Source: Octopus sinensis | Taxonomy: Eukaryota | Length of the DNA stretch: 64,000 nt | Direction of reading: 5' to 3' | NCBI RefSeq assembly: GCF_006345805.1 | Contig: NC_043001.1 | Span: 4,216,001-4,280,000 of the forward strand | Shown: piece after piece, positions 41,043 through 54,580 of the stretch | Position numbering within the stretch: position 1 is the first letter of the stretch | How the letters are laid out: each line of letters starts with the position of its first letter | Made by a program: the position numbers and the translations under genes | The notes under the pieces: generated by a model | The model's input: only the letters and a program-made list of their open reading frames with translations | The model's database searches: none | Told to the model about the DNA's origin: nothing

Positions 41043-41534
41043 GTAATAATAATAATAATAATAACCTATCGTTGATGCAAAAACAAATCAATCAAAATAC
41101 AAAGTAGGCTTTTATGAATATGTCGAATACACCTGGAAAGCGAAACCTTTGCATGGAAAATACAGTAACCTGCCATGTGGTGCGTCTTAATTGTCTTTCT
41201 TCAAAGATAGAAAATTATGTGACCGATGTGTATATGCACATTTGAGGAGTCCTTGCTCCTTCTTTAGCATCGTCTACGAATACGTCTATGTGAAGTATGG
41301 ACCCAAAGACAGAATAATGAGTAAGCGGAGGTACATACATATTACAGGATCGTATACGAATACGCCTACTTAAACGATGCCGTAGAAAGCGAGAGAATTC
41401 CTGAAATACGGCTACATACCCATTACATTTTTTTTTTCGATTTTCGATCGCATTGTTTACGTACAACGTATTCGTATACGAAACGTCGCAACTTTCGCAG
41501 CTGGCTCTAAAGACTACACAAAATTTGTAGAGAT

Positions 41535-41736
41535 AGGCGCAGGAGTGGCTGCAGGCGCAGGAGTGGTTGTAGGCGCAGGAGTGGCTGTGTGGTAAGTAGC
41601 TTGTTTACCAACCACATAGTTCCGGGTTCAGTCCCAGTGTGTGGCATCTTGGGCAAGTGTCTTCTTCTATAGCCTCGGGCCGACCAAAGCCTTGTGAATG
41701 GATTTGGTAGACGGAAACTGGAAGAAGCCTGTCGTA

Positions 41737-41790
<54 letters not shown>

Positions 41791-42000
41791 TGTGTGTGTT
41801 TGTGTGTCTGTGATTTTCCCCCTAGCATTGCTTGACAACCGATGCTGGTGTGTTTATGTCCCCGTTACTTAGCGGTTCGGCAAAAGAGACCGATAGAATA
41901 AGTACTGGGCTTAAAAAAGAATAAGTCCCGGGGCCGAGTTGCTCGATTAAAGGTGGTGCTCCAGCATGGCCGCAGTCAAATTACTGAAACAAGTAAAAAT
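41535..42000 (+). mobile_element. CORE-type SINE, full length, with a triplicated 18-bp 5' end
   Basis: aggcgcaggagtgg(c/t)tg(c/t) three times at 41535-41588, then the standard body. Confidence 0.9.
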
Positions 42001-43015
42001 GTAAAAGAGATAAAGATACTATAGTCTACATATGTGTCTAATTAGGTCCTTTCTTTGTTATTTTTATTTAATTCGCGTTGCTGTGTGTATAATATTAGAT
42101 GTATGTTTCTGTTTTTTTAACGAAATAGTGAAGAAACAAATGACATTGTCAATTCTTTTCAGAATTAGTCTTAAAATAGTTCCTTAAGCGCATAGTCTTC
42201 TTGCGTGTTAGCGTGGGTGGAATATTTGATTTTTTGTGCGTGCGCAAATGTCTTCCTATGTACACGTGTGTATGTGTGTGTGTGTGTGTGTGTGTGCGTG
42301 TGTGTGTTGTGAGCGTGTACATGTGTGTGTTCGTGTTATTGAGATCATGCTAAATGGGAGACAATGAATGTTAATGTCAGTAAAAAACACAACAGACTAT
42401 TGAGTTGAAATCTGTTTGCGAGACAGGTAAAACGGTAAGTTTTAGATCTTGAATCTAGGACTTATTGTTTATTTTATGACTATACTTTATTGAATGTTTG
42501 TGAAAAGTTGTGGCTTGAGCAGCTGGTAGGTGGAATGCTAATAACGTCTATGGAATTAAAACAATGGGAGTGATGAGACTTTGACAAGCAAGTGTCAGGA
42601 ACGTGTTTGGGTGTGAATAGATATGTGTTTGGGTTGATGTGTACTTGGTGTTAGTAGATCCAGGCATTCTTGGGACATAAGCAAATTAAATTCAATTATG
42701 ATACTTATATAGAAAAAAACTGAGTATCTGTGTTTTTAATCTAATAATAGGTTTGTAAAAAAAGCCTTGATTATGAAAGTGAGTTTTAGGTAGATTGAAG
42801 TGGGGGATAAGGTTGATGTGAGGTCATGGTAGGAGTAGAGTTTTGAAAAAAATATACTGGAAATTTATATGATATTAATTATGATTAATTGTGAAATTTA
42901 AGACTAGATTCTAAACTTTATCAGACAATGCTTTCAGTTGAAATCGCTTCAGCAATTTGGTAATAGATATCGGAGTATGCATATTGATTCCTGAGAATAC
43001 TTATATTTGCACGCT

Positions 43016-43045
<30 letters not shown>

Positions 43046-43050
<5 letters not shown>

Positions 43051-43399
43051 GAAAGTTTGAAAATGCAATTTTAAAAGGTGTTTATTCACTTGACCTGTTT
43101 CACTTTTTTTAGAAAAATATTGTCAACAGTAACTTGTAAAAGCTTTGTTGTGTTGGGTACTGGTTGTCACAAAATATTACAATACATATATACATTCTTT
43201 GATAATAATAATATGTTAAAAACAGTTCACAAAGAAAATATTAAAAAGTTCATTAAAATATTAGGCACAAAAAATTAAATTCTTTGTAAATACGTATTGT
43301 AATATATGTATTGTAATTTTAACAATAATTTCTAAAAAAAAGTGAAACCGGTTAAGAGAATAAACACCTTTTAAAATTGCATTTTCAAACCTTCTTTCA
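43046..43399. repeat. Fold-back or MITE-like element with about 80-bp arms, TA-flanked
   Basis: tgaaagaaagtttgaaaatgcaattttaaaaggtgtttatt vs aataaacaccttttaaaattgcattttcaaaccttctttca. Confidence 0.85.
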
Positions 43400-43539
43400 T
43401 ATATATTTCCACTCGCGCGGTATCTTACAACTTCACTTTGTTATATATATATATATATATATTATATACGAGGACTACCCACAAGTAACCGGAATCGTTC
43501 TACAGTGATGTAGCAACCACTACCTGAACCACAACAAGT

Positions 43540-44760
43540 CGGCAGAAGCTAAACGGCGATGCAAAATGGATTTGAATGCCGTATCATATCCCAATATTTT
43601 TTAACCACCAAGTGTCGAAGTGCATTGCTTGAGCAAATCTACATACATAACGCTCATGGCATTATAAAACTTGGAAGGCAGTACCTTGAACAGCATTCCT
43701 TGTCTGATAATATTACATGCATACCCAAAGAAATCATACGACTCTGCCACAACGCGTCATCAGGATGAGGATACATGAGCAGAAAGCTATGCACGAATAT
43801 GCACGAATTCAAATCTCGGAGATAATACTAATAAAATTCATCATCAAACCAGTCTATCATGGACCAATAACAGGAGTACTATCTCACATTTTGAAGGGTA
43901 TGAGTTTGCAATCCAGGAATTGCAATCGACATACACAAAAGTATTAGAAATGCAGGAAAATCAGTAAAATGTGACAACCGATGCAAACTTTGTGAAGTTA
44001 ACACCGAAGATATCGATCACATCATTAGCATTTATCATCAAATGTCATAACGGTATTATCTACTGCTGAGGCATAATATAGCTAGGACACTCTATAATGA
44101 AATCTGTCGGAAAGCAAAACCCGATGACAAAGAAATAAGAACCTGCAATATGGTAGAATCCATAGCCACTCATAATAAAAAAGGTGATATGTCCCAGTGA
44201 ATATCTCAATAATATGTAAGCACAACTCACCTTATATAATAATTTGGGATGCAAAAGAGGAACTGTGTACAGATGTTGAAATTAGCTGCCCAGTGGATGT
44301 TAACATAAAGGTAAAGATCAATGAAAAAGAGAACCCCTATAATGAACTATTGAGAAATCTGCAGTTACCCTATCCAGATTACAAGTTCAGGTTTATATCT
44401 GTAATTTTGGGGGCTCTGAGGTATGTTACACACTACTTCAATAACGAACTTGAGGAATTAGGCTTCTCACATCCACAAGAAAAGAGAATTCGAAGTCTAC
44501 AAGCCCAATGCATCATTGGGACTGTAAAAATTCAGTAAAACTTTCCAGAAGTTAATCATTTAAATATATATGAGCTTGTATAGTTATGTAACAATATACA
44601 AGAGAATACAGACATGAAACAAAACAGAAATCTGCACATACGCACACACATACATACATACAAAAATATTCTAATTTTGAAATTGAAGGAGCCTTAGATG
44701 TATGTTAACCGGCTCTTTCTCTCTTGGAAAGAATCTTGAAATACAACTAATTAATGATAT
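43540..44760 (+). mobile_element. R4/Dong-like LINE, degenerate 3' portion
   Basis: FEGYEFAIQE; zinc-knuckle-like CKLCEVNTEDIDHII...RHN; endonuclease-like IIWDAKEELCTDVEISCPVDVNIKVKINEKENPY...VILGAL; 3' UTR. Confidence 0.85.
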
Positions 44761-44994
44761 ACAGACATATATGCAAATATATATATACGTACTAGCCCAT
44801 CAACGTGGCTTTACGTCAACAATATGAATAGAATGTAACGTCAGAAGAACGGTCATCTCGTTCCTAATTCAAAAATGAATGGCCACAAAGCAACACCTAC
44901 ATATATATATAATGAAATCCACAAGACTCACAACAATTTCAGCTGAGGAATATGTCTTAATGTCAGAAAATGCTTTGCCGTTTAAAAGGCAGTA

Positions 44995-45210
44995 GCCATG
45001 GAGTCACAGTTCTGTTGGGGACACTACAGGGACCATTGCTTCCCGTGATCTCTGTCAGACTTGATCTCAGCCATAGTCTCAGACAATCTCACCAGCAATG
45101 TTCATGACACAAAAGTGTCACAAGCAATCAACTATCTTGTAGATACCTCAACACTCCAGAGACATTGGAATGCAATATTCAAATAAACTTAACAAAACGG
45201 TATGCAGCTC
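44995..45210 (+). mobile_element. CR1/Jockey-group reverse transcriptase fragment
   Basis: GTLQGPLL (cf. GTVLGPLL) and LTSNVHDTKVSQAI (cf. YADDTK), with stops. Confidence 0.55.
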
Positions 45211-46527
45211 AGTTAATCCCACCAAAAGCAGATCGTAATAAGAATATCCAGGGTCAGAGGTTACCTTTATTCCAGAATTTGATTCGGTGCATGGTCATTG
45301 AATTCACACGAGGGTGATACTTCGTTCTCTGTGTATATTACTCAAACAGCAACAATATTCAGAGTACTCAGAATATGGAAACAGGAAACATGTCTCTCCT
45401 ATAGAGATCGTTCGCGCTCAGTTGCCTAAAATACTATTCGTAACTATGGTTGTCGCAAAGCATCAAATTAATGGCGGAATACGAAGCTATCCGAAGCAAC
45501 TGTGCCGAGGCAACTGGTTCGATTACCTGAGGAGAAGATGCAAAAATGTAAGGAATAGTATATATGGATGATCCCCAATTATCTAGCACCGAATTTTGGG
45601 ATCAATAGTTATATATTACCGGAATTGATGTCATTGATTAGTGCAAAAGTCTGGCTATTTCCGTCGAGATTACAAACAAAATAGTGTAACAATCTACGGC
45701 CATTTAATTCATTGCCAAGAGGTAACAGGGGACGAGAAAGTGTTTAAGTGAATATGTTCAAACGGGAAACAAACACATTTTGAATCTAATATGAACCTTC
45801 ATTATGGCAAGAAACGCAAAGAGCACCTCCTAAAAATATCTCTATCTGTTCAACCAATATGGCAAACATCACTGCATGTCCATTGTTCAGAATTACTAAC
45901 AAACGGAAAGCGAAAATATTAAAAACTTGCGTCAGTGTCGAGTGGGTTTGAATATTTTAGGACGTAATTTGTAAGTTGAAATACGCCGGCGTCGTCTTTG
46001 CTTTTCAGCTTTACAGGGTCGCTAAGTTGAGTACCAATCGAGCAATGTGGTCCATGTAATCGACTTACACCATGCCAGAAATGGCTGACATTGTGCCAAC
46101 ATTTGGGAACAATATTTCATTTGGCAAACGTTAGCATTTCATAATGTACAATGTGCAGAGATATAGGCAATAAAATTCGAACTACAGTTCCCCAATAAAA
46201 TAAAGCTACCACAAAAATCATACAGACACCTGAACTTCATCACATTTAGTAAACGGCAATTAATATTCATGTGATGTGATCCGGCATGTCAAAGTATTGA
46301 AACAATATTCAAATGTAAAACAATGTTCACCCAGCAAGGACTATAATCAAAATCTACTCCCTGAAGCGGAGACTAATTTCAGTTATTTTACTAAGACTAA
46401 ACATCACAATGTGTGGACATATGTATATGGGTGTATATATGTTTGTATATATATATGTGTGTGTGTTCGAATACACACATATCTATTAATCTTTCTCCAT
46501 ATTTTATCTGTCTGTCTGTCTGTTTCT

Positions 46528-46570
<43 letters not shown>

Positions 46571-46712
46571 CCTCTCTCTCTCTCTCTTTATATATATTAA
46601 TTATATTTTTTAATAATTTTGTTACATATTTAAATAATATAAATTAATCATATGTATTGGCTTAAGTCTTTCATTGTTTGATTTGCCTAATAGTGGTTTT
46701 GTCTCTAATTTA

Positions 46713-46753
<41 letters not shown>

Positions 46754-48034
46754 TTAAACTCATAGTGTACAACATTGTGTAAAAGGCAAAGGATAAAAGA
46801 AAGAGACTTGTGAGAGAAGCAACTAAAAGGTGTAAAATTTTCTCGGTTAGGAAATATGGGAGAGACTTTGAACTTTGCAGCCTCGACTCTTAACGGAAAG
46901 GGATGGATAAGGGGGAAAAGATAACGGAAAGAATAAAAAATAAACCTGTCTAGTTTAACTGTTACACCATGCACATGTGAAACACATATACACACGCACA
47001 CACAGATAGAAATATTTATATATACATACACAAACATTCATAGATATACATGTTTGTTGTGTTTGTACGATTGCTTCTTTATGTACGTGTATTCTTCTTG
47101 TATTCATTAGTAAAATTCTTAAAGATAAATTTACATCCATACATGTTACTAACACATACTCAACACCTCCTTCTCCATTATAATTTTTTTTTTTTTGGTG
47201 TCCCTGTCTTCGTTGACATGTCCAATATAAAATATAATCTTGTTTAGTCTGCAATATGAAGCAAACATGTAATCTATGATGCCGTCTCTCGAATGAACAA
47301 ACACATAACGATGTTGCTTTCTGTTGCTGAATTTTATCTTCTCACAATTTCCTAATGACAATAATCATCATGAATATCATCATCATCATTATCATAACGA
47401 GCACAATGCTATAGTAGTGATGATATTCACATAACCCTCATCATCATTATCGTTGTGTCTTCGTGGACTCCATACTCGTTATTGTCTTCATCATTATAAC
47501 CAACGCCGTCGTCGTTGCCATCATCATCATCGTATGCATCAACACAACGAGATTTGCTTCAACAATATCTTTCTCCTCTCTTCTACTTATGTTAGTTTTC
47601 CAACCAACAACTTTACAACAATAGACACTCTCACTCTCTCACCAATACCTCTACCAATAATCTACGCCACTACGTTTTCATACATGTACACCACTATACA
47701 CCACACAAAATCCCATGGATACACATGCTACTCCAAATTATACTCGCTTCAAAACACATTAACCGGCATTTCTCTCATCTGCTTCATCTCATCTATCCCA
47801 CACATATAAAATTTCGAATCTGCTTCTTACAATTCAATTACATCTGAATTATCTTCTTCCACTGAATGTTTTTACACATCTACTATACGTGTATTGTGTT
47901 TGTGATGAAGGACCAAACTCCTAAACGTAAGGAAGATATCTCATTCAATTAACGTGTTAAGTTAGTACCATATTTGTTAAAAGTACTTACACCCGTTTTC
48001 CTTTACTTATTGTTCATCATATCTATCTATCTAT

Positions 48035-48078
<44 letters not shown>

Positions 48079-48166
48079 GTAACAGATTGAAACATAAAAT
48101 ATACAAAGAATAATAGTTTTTTCATCATATAAGAGTCAATTAATAAGTTCTTCCATTTTTTTCTCC

Positions 48167-48421
48167 TACGTTACGTTTCGACCAATTGCGATTGTCAACA
48201 GTCGCGCTTTAAAGTGCATTAGAATGTTATAAAACAATGACCTCTTCTGGACATATTTGACTGCTATTTTCGTCAATCTGAATAAATTCTGTTGGAAAAA
48301 CGTTCGCCATTCGAGAGAAATGAAAAACAAAACTAGCCCGAAAGGGACCATTGTTTTCTAACATCATAATGCGCGTTAAAGTGCAAATATGTAAAATAAC
48401 AATTGGCCGAAACGCAACGTA
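48167..48421. repeat. Diverged fold-back, arms about 75 bp
   Basis: acgttacgtttcgaccaattg...aatgttataaaacaatg vs cattgttttctaacatc...caattggccgaaacgcaacgt. Confidence 0.7.
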
Positions 48422-49345
48422 AGCGACAAAAACTAGAAGAACGTATAATTGAGTGCACTATAATAAGAAAAAACTGATTATTCTATGTATATTCTCTGTT
48501 TTCTTTAAACTATTAATTATTTCTCCCATATCGAAAAGAATGAAGTGTCCAACTAGGCTTTCTAGAGTGAAACTACTAATATGTTAAAAGAAACCTACTG
48601 AGGACATTAGTACATAAATAAGCGAAAAACCAGAATCATCAATCAGATATAGCAAAAATCTGGTCCCCGCTTGGATAACAGAACCCTAGATAAGGAAACT
48701 TCGTTACGAAAATATAATTGTTTTTCAGTACATACATGTCTTCCCGTCGTCCACCCGCGACGATACTTTCGCTCTGGCTGTCTTTCTGGCCTGGCCTTTC
48801 AAGGTAACTGGACGACATTCTTCCTGCTCCCCTGTCGTTCACAAAAAATTCTGCGTTTGCAATACTTTTTTCGTTCGGTGTCAACAGCCCTTCTTATCTT
48901 GTTTTTCCCTGTCCTGTCTTTTACTGTTTATATTTTTGAATTGTAGTTACTGTCCTGTTTTTTTACCATTTTCTTTTACCATTTTTTACCCTTCTGCGAA
49001 AAGATCTCAGAATTTTAATTGATTTGCTTTTCGCAGGAAGGAAAGTTTCTTGTCGAAGATACGTCTCGCTTTTATCCTTCGAAACGTAGAGTAGATTAAA
49101 CCATAGCGACTGAAGAAGGGTTTTTTTTATTTGTGATAATTGTCCTGTACTCCATTTTTTTGTTGTTTTTAAGAAAATGTCCAGTTCCTTTGGTTTGTGT
49201 CTATGTTTTCGTTTCTCTTTGTGTTCGACGTCCCTTTGGTGTCTGTACTCATATATGCGTGCATATGTACATGTAGAGGTAGGTAGTACATATATGTTTA
49301 TATATATGCATATGTTTTATTTCATTTATTAATATATATATATAT

Positions 49346-49623
49346 AACAATTGCAGCGTGGAAGGTGTTTATAAGCCATTTAAGAAACACACAAAACCGT
49401 TAGATTCACTTCAACATTTAAATTTAATTTGTCAAACTTTTGTAGTCGCTTTGAGACCGCGACCTGTTCACTGACAAAGCTACGTGCTGCATCTGAGTAA
49501 ACAGGTCGCGGTCTCAAAGAGACGAAAATATTTTGACAAATTAAATTTAAACGTTGAAGTGAATCTAACGGTTTTTGTGTGTTTCTTAAATGGCTTACAA
49601 ACACCTTCCACATTGCAATTGTT
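49346..49623. repeat. Fold-back element, arms about 126 bp, 25-nt spacer
   Basis: 49346-49471 vs 49497-49623 are highly similar reverse complements; (TA)n on the left. Confidence 0.92.
49428..49540. ncRNA. Two partial copies of a hammerhead-like motif with a G3:C8 core (family F)
   Basis: Minus 49478-49428 reads TTTGTCA-GTGAACA-G-GTCGC-loop-GCGAC-(degenerate)-TGACAAA. Plus 49497-49540 reads GTAAACA-G-GTCGC-loop-GAGAC-GAA-AATATT-T-TGACAAA. Neither copy is complete. Confidence 0.5.
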
Positions 49624-49675
49624 TTCGTTCCAGCACACGATCTCAGATCAAGTCACTCGCTATGCATGTATATCA

Positions 49676-49805
<130 letters not shown>

Positions 49806-49998
49806 ATGTGTGTATATGTATGTATATATGTATGTATCTATCTGTATCGATATCTATCTATCTATTTATCAATAAATTTATCAATCTATCTATCTAGCTA
49901 TACACACACACATATATTATATATTAGATATATGTTAAATGCCATAAGACAGCAAAACCAAGGCAGTGTGAAATTTCTAGGAAGTTTATAAAGAGATA

Positions 49999-50046
49999 GT
50001 CTTACAGCTGTTTCAGGGATGTAAAGGATATCCCTACATCAGAGAC
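49999..50046 (-). ncRNA. Hammerhead motif, family E, in a Penelope-like 3' end
   Basis: GTCT-CTGATGT-AGGGAT-loop-ATCCCT-GAA-ACAGCTGT-A-AGAC. A9 is U in this copy. Partial copies of the stem III half lie near 10578 and 18053. Confidence 0.65.
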
Positions 50047-50977
50047 GATATCAGAGAGTTAAATAAAAGGAATTAGTAGAGTTCAATAAGCTGGATGTTA
50101 CAGTTGCAGTTCCAATATCCAAAGAAAGTGCTGTGTGGAATCGGTAGAGAGGCTTCTTGTCCATGGTATGTAAATTTCGGTAGGAGTTCATATTTTGTTG
50201 TTACAAATATATAGGTGGAGACATTAATTCCATTGTCGGTTCAGTCAACGTGTTCTTGTAGTGTAAATGAAATTTTGAGAATGTACTGGTAGGTGGAAGT
50301 AGATAGAGAGAAGAGAATAGTTAAGTATGTTAGAAGGAGGAAAATGATATTGCTCATAAGGAATGGGGGAGGAAAAGAGAAAGAAAGAAAGAAAGGAAAG
50401 AAAGAAAGGAAGGCAGAAAGAAAGAAGAGAAAATGAAAACAGAGTGCTAGAAGGTTGTCAAGATATTGTGAAAGGAAGGGGAGAGGAGAGCTATCAGCGG
50501 ATGGAATGAATAGGAGGATGGGGTAGAAGGAAACGATAAGAATGTTAGGAATGAATATATGTGAGAAGTGGGAGGTGATGTGATATGTTTGAAAGGCACT
50601 CAGGTGGAGAGATTGGCAAAGAATGCAATTTTGTTGTCCCCTTTTATTTAACATGTGCATGAACACACAAGACCTGCATTAGACTCCTCACTTACGCTAT
50701 TATCGAACCGGTTGTTTCTGCAGCACATACATAACCTTACCTGCCATTTTCCACTGATCAGGCACATACAGCGTATCGTTAGCCAGCGGGAGGAGACGTC
50801 CTCCTCGGCTATAAATTACAGTTGCATCGTCCCATATAGGTGAGCCACATTTAGGTGGCAAATATAATTCACGATGTCGTCCTGTTTTTTCGAGATCAGC
50901 GACGGTTTGTCACTGGAAAAAAAGCATATATCATTTTGCGTTCAGAATCACTTCTCATCCTTAGCCGGTGTTTGTCA

Positions 50978-51018
50978 CACGCTGATGACGGGTTACTAAC
51001 CAGAAACCCGGGTCTGTA
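50978..51018 (+). ncRNA. Hammerhead motif, family G, canonical core
   Basis: ACG-CTGATGA (50982-88)-cg-GGTT-act-AACC-a-GAA-ACCCGGGT (51006-13)-C-TGT. GUC triplet; stem I is short and the stem II closing pair is mismatched. Confidence 0.6.
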
Positions 51019-51337
51019 TTACGTCAGGATAGAGATGGGAACGGTGACTTCCGTTCACAAATACTGATCGGCTACAGGCAGTGTATCGTTAGACAGCTAG
51101 AGGAGATATCTTCCTGGGGCTATAAACTTTAGTAGCATCGTCCCGTATGGGTCAGCCACATTTAGGTTACAAGTATACTTCACGATATATACATATATTT
51201 AATTAGTTATTTTCCAGGATATGTCACTCCTAAGGTGGTGAGCTGGCAGAAACATTAGCACGCCGGGAGAAATGCAAGCGGTATTGTCTGCCTTTACGTC
51301 AGGATAGAGATGGGAACGGTGACTTCAGTTCGCAAAT

Positions 51338-51908
51338 AAGGCGACGAGCTGGCAGAAACGTTAGCTCGCCGGGCGAAATGCTTATCGGCATTTCGTCTGC
51401 CGTTAAGCTCTGAGATCAAATTCCGCCGAGGTCGACTTTGCCTTTCATCCTTTCGGGGTCGATAAATTAAGTACCAGTTACGCACTGCGGTCGATATAGT
51501 CGACTTAATCTGTTTGTCTGTCCTTGTTTGTCCTCTCTGTGTTTAGCCCCATGTGGGTAATAAAGAAATTGGTATTACGTCTGCCATTACGTTCTGAGTT
51601 CAAATTCCGCCGAGGTCGACTTTGCCTTTCGGGTTGATAAATTAAGTACCAGTTACGCACTGGGGTCGATGTAATCGACTTAATCCGTTTGTCTTTTCTT
51701 GGATTGTCCTCTCTGTGTTTATCCCCTTGTGGGTAGTAAAGAAATAGGTATTGTCTGCCTTTACGTTCTGACTTCAAATTCAGCCGAAGTCGACTATGCA
51801 TTTCATCATTTCGGATTCGATAAATTAAATACCACTATCGTATTGGGGTCGATCTAATTAATTGGTCCCCATCCCCAGAAATTTCGGGCCTCGTGCCTAG
51901 ATTAGAAA
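51338..51908 (+). mobile_element. Meta/MESC-like SINE with three internal units (extra head fragment at about 51228-51300)
   Basis: Same architecture as 37483. Confidence 0.9.
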
Positions 51909-51996
51909 ATACTATATGTCACTCCTGGACTGACATATTTCATAAGACGGCGATAGTATTTTATAAACCGTATAAGTAATATGATTCTTGTTATAG

Positions 51997-52079
51997 GATG
52001 TGACAGTCGTGTTCAGTTCGGTTTCGCTCCTGGCAAGTCTCATCGAAGAATCTTCAATAGTGTCTTGGTGCAATACCAG
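51997..52079 (+). CDS. Candidate 83-nt exon
   Basis: Acceptor ttcttgttatag and consensus donor CAG|gtgagt. Two frames are open (xCDSRVQFGFAPGKSHRRIFNSVLVQYQ or DVTVVFSSVSLLASLIEESSIVSWCNT). QFGFAPGKS also resembles a LINE RT motif. Confidence 0.3.
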
Positions 52080-52829
52080 GTGAGTAACAGATATTCGAAT
52101 TCTACGTCTCGTTATATTGCACACACAAAGGCAAAAGATCGCGCGTACACACAAGAACATAAAGGCATTTGCATGTATTTATGTGTGTATGGGTATATCT
52201 GCATGGGTGTGTGTGTAAGTGATGTTATATCGTCTCGGACAGTGGTCGAATGATCGCAATCATTATCATCGCATTATTATCATCGTAATCTCGAGAGGTA
52301 TTTTCTATCCTTATCAATCGTCTCCTCGGTCTCTTGAGAGCATGTTTCGTCTCGCAATACGATGCTCTGGCTTTACAAACTTATCTACATATTAACAGGG
52401 AAAACTATTTAAGGAAACATAATTAGTAAAGAAAATATCAATGAAAGCTGGCTAAATTTTGATGTAAATGAGGCAAGAGTTTTGTTTTTTATCTAATTCC
52501 CCGCAAAGTGCTATTCTTTCATGTTTCACAATGAACGAGACTTAATTTAACGCAGACTAAAAAATTTTCAAGAATGTAGAAAACATCAACAACTCTACCG
52601 AAATAAGTTTGCAGACGTTATATTTTAGCTTTGCCTAGTTTAAAATATTTTGCATTATTTTCATTTTCTAAAGTGGTTGGTCAATGGATTTGATAAAACG
52701 TACAATCTTGAAAGTCCTGTAATTAGAGGTAACTGTTTAGAACCAAAGAATCTTTGAATAACTGTTGAGTGAAAAGTTGTAACGAAATTACTTTAGTTCT
52801 ATAAATGACTGTCACGGGAAAGAAATGTA

Positions 52830-53010
<181 letters not shown>

Positions 53011-53358
53011 ATATATATATATATATGTATGAATTTATGGGTCAGTGTAAATAATGTATGTGGTACACACACAAATGCATGTATACACATTCGTATATAT
53101 CATATATCTATGTGTGCGTGCATGCGTGTGTGCACGCGCGTTACAGGAGCGTGAGTGTGCTCGCGCATGCGACTCTCAGAGTGTGAGTGTTTGTGTGTAT
53201 GGGCGTATGTGTGTGTGCGTGCATGTGTGCCTGCATATTTGAGTACATCTTTGCCCTGTGCAAATAATCATCTTATTTTTGCGTATATAGCAGTAAATAG
53301 AATTCCAACATATCTACTGAAAAAATATATAGAGAATAAGAGACTATATAATCTATAT

Positions 53359-53398
<40 letters not shown>

Positions 53399-54003
53399 TA
53401 TACATATGCACACACACACATTTGTATCCATAATCATATACACATATATAAGTGTGTGTGTGTATATGTATACATATATACATACATATATATGTGTGTG
53501 TTTGTGTGTGAGCGCGTGTGTGTGTGTGTGTGCGTGCATATGTTCCCCTGCATCTGTACAGATACGCACATGTATCGCTCGCAGTATATTCTTGACCTAA
53601 CACAGTTCCATAATAATTCTTGGAGTAAATATTATTACAGACACAGTTTTTTCGCTTCCTAATGGTAATGACTCAATTGTGAAGTAAACAGAGACATTAT
53701 TTTCAGAAATGTTCTGTCAGGTAAGAGAGCGAAAGACACAAAGATTCCAGCATATCGTACAAGTGTTCTTTAGGCGAAATTTGTAAACATTACTATAATG
53801 CATTTCGCTCTTCCGCTTTCTGCATATGTTGGTCTCCTATGCCTTCGTATGCCTGAGTGTGCGCCTAATACAGTGCATCCGCTGTATGTATAGAAGTGTA
53901 TATTGTATTTGTATGTGCATGATTGTGTGTAGCTATATCTCTTTCTATGTGAAAGCGCGTATATAAATATATATATATATATATATGGATATATACATGT
54001 ATG

Positions 54004-54054
<51 letters not shown>

Positions 54055-54198
54055 CATATTTATGTATATGGGGAGAAAGAGAGAAAGAGAGAGATTTATA
54101 TATGCGTGTGTATATATATATATATATACATTCATACACACACATACATATACTTATATATATATATACATGGGTCTCAATGACACCATTACATTTTA

Positions 54199-54329
<131 letters not shown>

Positions 54330-54529
54330 GTGTGTGTGGTGTGGTGTGTGTGTGTGTGTATATATATATAAATATATATTTTTATTCATATACTGGGAGA
54401 AATAAAGAGCTAGAAAGAGAAAGTGAGATTTATAAGTATATCCATATATCGTGCCTCAGCATGGCGACATCGATTATGGTTGGAGCGAATTGCATAAAGA
54501 TAAATAATATACCCATGCGCACGCACACA

Positions 54530-54580
<51 letters not shown>

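Noticed and set aside
41350-41490. 15-bp inverted repeat followed by GAAACGTC
   Set aside because: No CUGANGA-like half upstream; too short to classify.
49040-49120. GAAACGTA followed by CTGAAGA as a permuted (type II) hammerhead
   Set aside because: The intervening sequence cannot form stem I, and stem II pairing would consume core bases.
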